From a virus, in IMG/VR virus record IMGVR_UViG_3300010883_000007, positions 40,453 through 104,452 of that record: DNA of 64,000 bases; one strand, 5' to 3'. The notes beneath the pieces are model-generated. The model searched no databases. It was given only the letters and a program-made list of their open reading frames with translations, and was not told the DNA's origin. Below, in pieces: positions 20,725-31,000 of the stretch (its first letter is position 1; each line of letters begins with the position of its first letter). Position numbers and translations under genes: made by a program.

Positions 20725-21537
20725 CTAGAAGCCCGCGTAGAATAATATACCGTTCAAGCTAATATAGTCCTCGTTATCAGGCCAGCTAGCTCCTGTTCCA
20801 ATAGCTTGGGCCAAAACTCGACCGTCTGCCATTACCCAGAGTTTTGCAATGACATATGTTGTTCCAGTAGTGAAGGTGTCGCTGCCGGAATCGGTTATTG
20901 TACTCCCCGAGGAATCTTTCGCAAGGCCCGCAAAAAGAGCATTGTCTCCATCAACAGGCCTATAGCCGGTGGGTAGTGTAAAGATTGTAGTGCCTGCGGA
21001 ATTATGAGACGTCTTCGCTTGGCCACGGACATGGACAAATCCCTGGCTGTCCTTCATGAAAGAAACCTGTGTCTCATCAGCACTGTAATTGGTCCAGTAC
21101 TGAGCGAAGTCGTAGGTATTGCCTCCGCTGTACGCTGAGACAGCTGTCCACGAGGGTTGGGTCAGCTGCAGAACACCCGCAGTCGATACTTTGATTGCTG
21201 TGTTGTTGCTTATTGATGTTGTCCCCAGTTTGAGAGTGTCACTATCACTGTTATCGATGCCTAAACAGAAGGTCTTAGTCTCACCCAGGGCCCAGACGAT
21301 TTGTGGGTCACCAGTAGACGTATTATCGACCATTATTATGGTTGTGTCTGTTGCTGACGAGACAACCTCAAAATCATTCTCGGGACTAATCCTTCCTCCC
21401 ACAGCCACCTTACCCCCTACAGTGAGGACTATCTTAACTTCAGGATCTGTTCCCACGCCTGAAGTATTTCCGCCGGTTAGAATCTTGAGAGTTGTGTCCG
21501 GGAGCGGAAGGACATTATTTACCTTTATCTTACTCAT
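20725..21537 (-). CDS. tail fibre / receptor-binding protein
   Basis: C-terminal head-type domain WT..F..WTNY...FMKDSQGFVHVRG...IFTLPTGYRP...YISLNGILF, typical of phage RBP heads. GGAG SD. Confidence 0.65.
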   Translation of the reverse strand: MSKIKVNNVLPLPDTTLKILTGGNTSGVGTDPEVKIVLTVGGKVAVGGRISPENDFEVVSSATDTTIIMVDNTSTGDPQIVWALGETKTFCLGIDNSDSDTLKLGTTSISNNTAIKVSTAGVLQLTQPSWTAVSAYSGGNTYDFAQYWTNYSADETQVSFMKDSQGFVHVRGQAKTSHNSAGTTIFTLPTGYRPVDGDNALFAGLAKDSSGSTITDSGSDTFTTGTTYVIAKLWVMADGRVLAQAIGTGASWPDNEDYISLNGILFYAGF

Positions 21538-21555
21538 TCTTATGTCTCCTAGACA

Positions 21556-22038
21556 TTAAAACTCCCCAAAGGGAGGTATACAGAGGACTGATCCAGAGGA
21601 AATGGTCACAACTTTGCCCTCCTGTATTACAATTGGACTATAGTGGAGACCCTGGAAACCCTTTTCTATTGTGAACTCTTCACTCCCCAGAGACTTAAAA
21701 GTTCCGACCCCCACCATTCCGCTAGCTGCTGCCGGGGAGCCCTCATACATCAGTGTGGTACCGCTCACATACAGCAGGCTTCCAGTTGTTGGCCAGTTTG
21801 TGGGTTTATACTTTGCAGTCTCGCCGTCAACGACTCCGGGTGGGTACTCTTTGTCAGGAAAGGGTTGAAATTTCACACCCCATATAGCTCCAATTGGACT
21901 CGAAAACTCTGGTGACGGTAGGCCGACCTGCAGACCATTCGGAAAAATCACATTTGTTACCCTTCCCGCAATATCTTTAACCACATATTTCACCCTGCGT
22001 CGAACGAAATCTGGATGATCCTTAATAATCTTAGGCAT
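21556..22038 (-). CDS. small virion structural protein
   Basis: 160-aa ORF. The C-terminal SPIVIQEGKVVTISSGSVL motif resembles ends of small phage tail proteins. Confidence 0.45.
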   Translation of the reverse strand: MPKIIKDHPDFVRRRVKYVVKDIAGRVTNVIFPNGLQVGLPSPEFSSPIGAIWGVKFQPFPDKEYPPGVVDGETAKYKPTNWPTTGSLLYVSGTTLMYEGSPAAASGMVGVGTFKSLGSEEFTIEKGFQGLHYSPIVIQEGKVVTISSGSVLCIPPFGEF

Positions 22039-22048
22039 AAATCACATC

Positions 22049-25000
22049 CTACTCAAATGTCAGCATAACACTGGTTCCTGAGGCGTCGTCAGGGTTAGTC
22101 GATCGATCCCGGGTTAGTCCATCAAAATACGGAAGTGAGGAGGTGCAGAAAACATCTAAGTTCTGACTGTGTGTGGATTCCGGATCTACGTTAACAGCTC
22201 GAGCGCCCTCATCGTCGGGTCGAGAAGTGAATGTTACACTAACAGGACCTGACTCTACACCGTCTTCAGTAAAGAAGCGAGTAAATCTACGGGCCTCGAG
22301 GAGATCTCTCACTTGACCGAACTTATTGTGGCGATACACAGCAGAAGAGTACATGGGTCGAATATTGGCCACTCCATACTTGAAACCTCTCAATATAACT
22401 TCAGATCCAACACCTATGTGCATACCCCCAGTCACATGGGTCGAAATATCGCGGTTAACCGCTGTCTGGACTGTTGTATAGCCCACGGGTTCTTTAGTTT
22501 TCTCCCTCTCGCTATACCAATAACGATAGTTGTTGTTAGCGGTGTTCCACGTGTAAGAACCCACTGGAGGAGCAATATAAGACTTACCATTGTGGGTGCC
22601 ACCGTCGCGCTGCGCTAGGTACTGGTCGATGTAGTAGACAAATTTGGAGTCCGACGAGTGCGGATACCCCCACGTGATCTGGACAGTAGTTACTGTTGAT
22701 ACACCGGATCTCACAAAGGATCCTGAGACAGGAATGGTCGCATTGCGATCCACAAGAATCCTCTGCCACTCAGTTCCGTCTCCCAGTAACCCTCCGCCAG
22801 TGAAGGATGTTGCTGTAATATTAGTCACAGTCGATGTGATTGTCGTGTTACTCTGACTACCCCCAACCTTCTGAGTTAGGGACATAGAGCCTTCTCCGTT
22901 GGCTGAGGGAGCTGTCCCCACAGCAATTACAGAGTCTGCGGTGTTGGCATTGTGCCCGTTGGTGTGATTGATTGCAGTCTTTAGCAGGGTTAAATAATCT
23001 CCCTGGTCCATGGCGCCAAGATCTGTTCTTATTGCAATACCTCCCACAGCAGCATCACCCTCAGATAGGGTGAATCCGTCGCCGAAGTCACCCACTGCAA
23101 GAACATCTCCTGTTACTATTGAGTTACCCTTTCCACTTGGTCCGATGCCAATAAGCACATACTTCTTTGTTACTCCAGCAGACGAGGTGATAGTGACTGT
23201 CTGTAGCTCGTTTGCAGACGTAAATGAGTTGAGATCGCCGTCTGCACAACCCAGGGATCCGGCTGCCCTGGAGCTATTGGGATGATCAGATGAGATCGTC
23301 ATTTGAGTGTCTGAGGAGATTGCAGTGACTATTGCAAATGTGCTTGATCCCAGCTCGCCGTACTGACTATGCGTAAAGTTAGATGCAGTAATATTCTGTG
23401 CATTAGCATCGACGGTAATAGCTGTGTTCATGGATCCTGAGGCGCCGGCGACCTGCTGATACAGCGCAAGTGTGTCTGTACCGGCGATGGCGTAAATATT
23501 AGAGACTCCATGCCCGTTGGCAGAATCTATACACGTCTTGAGCGAGGCAACTGCTGTCGCAAGACCAGATGCATTATTGAACACAAGAGGAGCGCTATTA
23601 TCAGACCAGATTGTCGCAGTTAAGTTAGTCACATCGTCGGGGGGTATAAAACCAGAACCTCCAGTGCCGACGGTCGCTTGGGCTAGTGTCATCGTGTTGC
23701 CTGATATCGAACAGGTAATCTTGGGGTTGTGGCCATTCTCGTGGTCAATGGCAGTCTTTAGCTGGGTTAAATAATCCCCCTGTGTAGACAGACCACCGCC
23801 CGTCAGGTTAATTGCAACAGCAACTCCACCTATGGCCAGATCATCATTTCCATAGCCTGATACTAACTTGTTACTTCCATAATCAGACCCTGCTGCCAAC
23901 ACATCACCGGTGGCCACCGAGGTTGCCGCGTCATCCACTAATACATACCGCTTGGACGTGCCATCAGTTGAGACAAGTGTAATTGCCTGAAGTTCAGACA
24001 TACCTGATGCTGCAGCTGCATTCGTAACTGTCACATCACATGAAGCCACTGTTGTTGAGCCAGTGCCGGCGGGAGAGAGGTTCTCGGCAGTACCTGCCCT
24101 ATAGTACTTTACTGTTGCCGCTGTATCGATGATGGCTATCGTGTCACCGGTAATAGGGCCAACTCCTCCAAACTGAATTGCGGCAGAAGATCTGGGTCCG
24201 TGTGTGCCAGTGCCCCCTTCTGGAGGGTTCGATCCACTCAACGCGATACGATCTCCTACCTTTATCTCTTTGGTAAACTTTGTGTTGATCCCAATAATCG
24301 TATCTGATTGATTGGTACTTGTGTGACCCTTAACGTGTATGGGTTCTGCATTCTTGTGTTGAAAGGTCTTAAATGCGGGCATACCAAAAAAGCCATCGCC
24401 AAAACCATAGTATAAGGAGTTGAGCATGGTTATCCCATCTATCTCATTAAATGTGAGATCACCGCCTCGTGGCCCTATTAGAGCGAGACCTGCGTGAGAG
24501 ACTGACTCTGTCACAGAGGATGAGAGTTCAGAGTATATGGGTCGACTTCGGCCGTCGCCTAAGCTGGCCACTGGAGCACCGCGCTGCCCGTCCACATCAG
24601 TCATGTCAATATCTTTAGTTCTCAAGAGATAGGACTGTAACCCTAACGAGCTCAGGAAAGTCTTAGAGCCTGAGATTGCTATGTGACTTATGGCGCCGGC
24701 GCGTATCACTTTACCCGTAGAGCCTGTGACCACATTAAAGGTTTTGTTACCCTTCCGCTCTGCCGCTAGACGTTTCACCTTCGAGTACTTTGGCTCAAAG
24801 GGAAATGAGAATGGAAGATCCCTGTCAAATATTTTATTCGGGCCGTCAATTGACGATCGAGGCTCAGATATTACTAAAACGTTAGCTTTGGGATCTAGCA
24901 TTCCCGCGTTGGGTGTTAAGCTAAGGCCAAAAGATATCTCTGTGCCTGCGTCATCAAAGAACTTTGAGTCGACAATGGCCTCGACTTTGAGACTCCTACC

Positions 25001-28000
25001 ATCAAATAGGGAGTCATTGTTGATGTCTAATATACCAGCAATTGATGGAAGCAGGGTATCATAGTATCGCTCCCGGTGGTCGACCAACTTGAGGCCACGA
25101 AGGAAAGAACCGGTAACGCCTGCTGTTCCCTCAGACACCCTTCCAATCACCTTTCGGTGCACACCCTTATTCTCAAGGAGATAAGACTCACTTCCGGATG
25201 TGGGAAGGGAACCTGTCATCATGTGACCAGCAATCACATTTTCCAGATAAGAACCCGAGTAGGCAAAGGATGGCTCTGTGTCATACTGATCATACACGTC
25301 TGTGCCCAGAAGAAGCGTCTCGTGTATTGCCTCAGAAGTCAGGGGCTGATTACTTGACGGTGTAATCTCCTGATCGCCTCGAAGCACAGATCCATACAAC
25401 ACTAACTTTCCAGCCCCAGGGTGCAACTCGAATGCTGGAGCGGCCAAATCTCCGGCGTAATTCAGCGGAGACTGGAATCCAAAGACTAACTTATCTCCCG
25501 GCATTAACATGTAGGGGGAGGTCACTCTGTCTGTTTTTGGCGCCTCTAGTCTGAACGTGTCTTGGTAGGCATCTACACTATACGCACGCTCGAATCCGCT
25601 AAACTCTCCGCCTCGAATGGCGCGTCCCGTGGGTATACCCAGACCGTTACGAGAGCCATTGATGAACCTGATAAGCAACGAGTCGTTGTCAGTGTCAGGT
25701 GTGGTGTCATTGAGTCCGGGGATTTCTATGTAATTCCCGCCCAGATCCCATGCTGAAGATCCTGGAGCTAATGCGGGAGCCCGAACTGGGGCAGCAAGTG
25801 TTAGTCGCTGGTGGGCCCAGGGAGAGGCAGTGTCAACAACAAGATCACAAAATGATCGAAGGTCTTCAACATACTTCTCAAACACTGTGGGATCATTCAC
25901 ATTTTTATCGGTGGTGAAGGTTCCTATCGTGGAAAATGTGACCAGGTCCCTTACAGTTCCCACCTCATCGTACTTGACAGGAATAATCTTTCGAATGGTC
26001 TGGGCTGTGTTGTCACCTATTCCTCCTGCGTCGCGGCCATCGGCAAAAGTGTTGAAGAGTCTGTTACTATAGAAGTCTGTTCCGTGTACAGAGGCAGCTG
26101 TTAGCCCGTTAGTCACTTGTCTGTTTCCCGAGGATCCATCTGCCAGCTGTGTCAACCTGAGAATGCCGCCGGCTCGACTTACAAGAAGCTTCCCATAGTG
26201 ACCGCTGTCGTTCTCAATACACTTCTGAAGTTGTAGAGCGATCTGGGCCGAGGTTCCTGTGCATGCAAACTCCATCTTAGAATGTGCAAAATTCGTATTA
26301 TTAGCTGCATAATACACTTTGGTTGTGTTGTCTGTCGACGTCAGTGTGACTGTCTCGCCGACAACAGGAACTTGGGCGTTGGTGTGTGACAGCTGTGAAA
26401 TATAACTCGAGGTAATAGACACTGCTGTTGTGTGTGCTTCCCCCGGTGTTAGGATTATTAGCTGGGCCCCGTTCGCCTGGGCCGGCACATCGCTCACCAG
26501 AAGCTTTCCGTTGTGACCGTTGGCATGCTCGATGGCAGCCTTGAGCTGGACCAGGAAGGCATTCTGTGTTGCTGGGGTTCCCGTTAAATCAATAGTCACA
26601 GCGGTACCGGATTGACTGGCGGTGGAGCCTCCCCCCACATCTGTTACACCACTGGTCACCACATCGCCGGTTGCGACTGCCGATGTGGCATCGTCCACGA
26701 TAATATAACTTTTGTTAATGCCGGCGGCTGAGATGTAGACACGCTCGTTTTTGGTCATTCCGCTAACTGCATCACCATCTACTACTGTTAGTGTGCTAGT
26801 CCCAAAAGTTATTACAGTTTTAGCCTGAGTCGCTTTGTCAGCGACGATAATCTCTGCATCGTTATTGATTCTTGTTACCCGAGCAGGCCTAGAGAGAAGG
26901 TTCCCCATTAGCTGTATGCTGTCACCCACCCTAAGCTCACTGGTGAACTTTGTTCCCGTTCCGGCAACCACCATTGATCCGGACACAGTCTTCGCAGCAG
27001 TTCCGGTTATGGTGTCATAGTCATACCCCTCACCAGAGCCATAGGCAGAGGAGTGTGGTGAAAGCTGCCACACAGTGGGTATTGTTCCGGAATATGGCAT
27101 CTCAATAGTTTCTTTTCCGGCGCCGGCTTCAGGGTGTTGGTCCCCCAATTTTGTTAAAACTGCTCGATTCTCAATTCCTGGATCTATATTTGCCGGTCTT
27201 TGGTTTAGAATGAAAAATGATATCCCCTCGCCGTACTTGGCCGAGGGTGTAGAGGTTTGTTTGTCCTTGAGTGATGCTGAGAACTCGTACACTATCTTCT
27301 CGACCAAAAACGGCCGGTCGATCAAACTAGATACATCAAAGACCTGTGATCCAGTGGCCGCGAACTTCGGGTGAAAGGGAAAGCCGAATGTATTAGTTGG
27401 CTGAGCGAACCCTGTCTCAATGGGTACCTTCTTGCCCTCAGACTTGAACCCCGGGGCGGAGGCATTGGCGGTGGACGAGGCCTCGGCAAGCTGCCAATGA
27501 CTTTGACCAAACCCAACCATCACAGTGTCTAACAGATTTCTTAATCGTGCACGATCCTCAGAGAGACCACCTCGTTGAGATTCGGGTATATGAGTATCCG
27601 GCTCCGGCCATGGCTTGTGTGAACCTACCCTCTCCCACTTCTTCTCATCAAAGTTGAAGTACACCATTGGGCCGGAGTCGGTCTGCCCCCCAGACTGTGC
27701 GTTCTTTGCAGTGTATTTTAATGATGTGGATAGAATTTTTGTCGAGGGCGTCAGGTCGATCTCTAGCCTGTGCTTGTCCCACAGTGGGGCAGATAGACCC
27801 GGGCCCACTATCGTTGGGTCAGATCCCGTCGAGTAGAAGGATCCACGAAGGGAGGGGTCTACAGTAAAGTTCGAATCCCATGTTAGGTCCGGATCATCAC
27901 CCTTCTTCGACCCAGAAACACGGTCAGAAGACATCACCGGTGTGTGACCAAACTGTGCAAAGAGATTAACCTCCCGATACGGCTCTAAATTCTGGGGATT

Positions 28001-31000
28001 TTCGCTTTTTCTGCGAGGATCATACGAGCTCCTGTGGGATCGTCCCGGTCCAAAGAGAGTAGTTGTGGTGTTGGGTGTTGAGAACGGTATACCGGTGTGA
28101 CCCCGGGGAAGGTTAAATGGAAAGTGGAGACCGTCTGTTGATCCCGTTAGAATTCCGAAGCTTCCACCACTGAAACCCAACGACTCCTTCCCAGGATCCC
28201 TTATAAGGTCCCCTCGGCCTCCCTCGATTCCCACCACACCTGGATCCAACTGTCTCCACTTGTGAGACCTTTGACCCACCTCGATCGTTCCGGTGACATT
28301 AGTCATAACGATTCGAGTGTTGCCCGAGGTTCCAGGTCGCATCTGAGTCAGATTGACTGTCTTATTCTGTGTCTCTGCATATATTCCCAGCGTGCCTGTC
28401 AGTTCGTTCACCTTCCTGGCAAACTCGGCCGCGGTCTGCTGGGGGGAGGAATACAGCAGGACGGGCACCTGGCTTGGCTTTCCACCTCTAAATTTGTGCG
28501 AGTAGATGGTACCGTAGACGTCTCTGTTTGATCCCAGCGAACCATCTGGGTGAGTAAAGTTAATCACGGTGTTACCGTAGTCACCAAACACATCCAGTGT
28601 TACCTGAGTTAGGCTGACGTTAGCGCGGGCTGCTGAGGCTGCTATCTTGCCAGCATGACCGGCGGCGGCGTTGATACATGCTATCAAGCTAGTGGCCAGG
28701 GCAGTTCTGGTTGCGCCGGCGAAAGTGGACCCTGTAGTTAACAATTGGGAGGAGGACTTTGTGTACGTCCGGCCAGTCCCATCAGTTGAGAAAATTGTAA
28801 TCGTCGTGTTATTATCGGGCACACTGCGAAAGAAGATTCGACCAAACGCGAGGCTCGCACTACGTACTGAGAGCTCGTACTTTGAATTCGCGACGAGGAC
28901 GAACTCTTTCACCCCTGCCGGAGAGGCATCAAGGCCCTGTGAGCCTGTTAGGGCCAATCTTCCCCATGCCATTCCTCGTTTGCTCTGGAGGAATTTTATA
29001 TTGGCTGTCGCGTAGCCAGAGAGAAACTCTGGAGTGTCACTGTCATCAAATGATGTGGTATACCTTCCTGTGAATCCTCGGGAGGTTACCAAGCGTGATG
29101 TTGTGGGATAAGCTCCGAGCTGATTGTCCCTATCTCTAATCTCCACACGCGGGGGGAGGCCGATAAAGCCTGACTGCTTCTTATACTGGCGGACACCCTT
29201 GAGTCCGGCGTAGTAGAGGGCACGTACGTCCTCAGTACTGAGCTGCTTGGACCACACAGCAGGCTCGAACATCTCACCGTTGAGAGAATCAGAATTAGAC
29301 GAGCCATCTCCTCGAAGATGGCCCAGGATGAAGTCTAACCCCTGGTTGGTGCCTCCCACAAAATTAGCTGCAGTGGCGTTCGTCGCGTTATCGGTTATTG
29401 TTTTGTTCCCGGTCGGGCCTGGTACCGCCTGGGTTAGGGTCAGTTTTCCGGCACCATCGTTGTGGACGTGTATCTTTACACTGCCTCCAGTAAAATTAGC
29501 CACAGTTACATTGGTGGCATCGCCTGTAACTACGGTGTTTCCACTGCTGCCAGCCACTGACTGGGTTAGTGTGATCGCCTGATTGCCGTCGGCCTGGGAC
29601 GGAACAGATCCCACCGCAATCTTGCCGTTGTGGCCGGCTGCGTGCTCAATTGCGGCCTTGAGCTGGACCAGATACGCATTCTGTGTGTGCGCTGGCAGAT
29701 TGATTGCAACAGCAATTCCGCCGATGGCTGTGTGACCTGCTGCAAGAGTGCTAGCGCCGTAGTCAGATCCCGCCGCTAGCACAACACCTGTTGCCACCGA
29801 TGTTGCGTCCGCGTCCACCAGAACGTACTTCCTGAGTGTCCCATCAGCTGAGGTTATTGTGATCGTCTGCAGCGCCGACATGCCTGATGCTGCGTCCCCG
29901 TCTGTGACTGTTACAGTGGTCGAAGCTTTGATCCCGTGACCGTTGGCTGTTTCGATGCACGCCTTGAGAGAGGTTGCGGCGGCCGCGAGGGTGGCTCCGT
30001 AAAACTTGGGTGGATCCGTCGTGAGATCTTGGGCTGTGGCAGTGGTGTTTGCGTAATATACTTTTGTTGTTCCGTCTGTCGAGATAATTGTGATTGTTCC
30101 GGCGTTGGCAGGCACACCCGTAAAAGTTATAGTGCCCTGGGCACCGTGTGCCGCAGACATTAGAGTGGGAGAGGGCGTTGTGTAGTCAGGTGTTACACCC
30201 GTGCCGCCGGCAATTAGGGAATTATACCTGCCCTCCTGGCCTGCAGTCTTGGTGTATCGATCACCGTTGATGTATATCTTGACTCCGGAGCCTGCGTATG
30301 ATGTTCCGGTGGCGCTGTAGTTATTGACACCGTTCTTCCAGCAGTCAGCAAGAAGGTCAGTTCCTGAAGATCCATCGTAGGTGACTGCAACATGCACCCA
30401 ATCACCTGTTGGGATCTGGGCAGAAACATCATCTGTATAAAATAGAAGTGCCTGTGTAGATAGCGGTCCACTTCGAAGCTCAAACTTAAGGCCAAGCGAG
30501 GAATAATAGAACTTATGACCTGCGGTCTCGCCGGCGGCGATCCCGGCGACACCGGCTACCACGGGAGGCGACAGCCCGAATATACCAAAAGTTGTATCTG
30601 TTGTCTTCAGCCACACCGCAAAGGAGAAGGGTCCGTCAACCACCTTGTGAGGATCCTTACCCGTATCGACAAAGTGAAAGTCCTTGTGGGCCGCGGCACT
30701 GATGTACGAGTCTGAAGATGTGAACCGGCCGGCAAGGACGGGCGGATCAGACTCAACGTGGGATCCGGAGTGGGGTGACACCCGAACATCGTGGCCTGGA
30801 CGTGTGCCCGAGGCAAAGGTTAAGCCGGGGACAGATGTGCTGGTGGGATCGCTGTTGCCTCCCGTGAAGGACGTTGCTGTTACACCGGTGAGACCCACAG
30901 TGACAGTGGTATTACCACTGTGTCCCAGTGTTACCTGAGTCAGGGTTAGTACCCCACTTCCGTTGTCGACCACAGTAATCTTACCATTGTGGCCGCCGGA

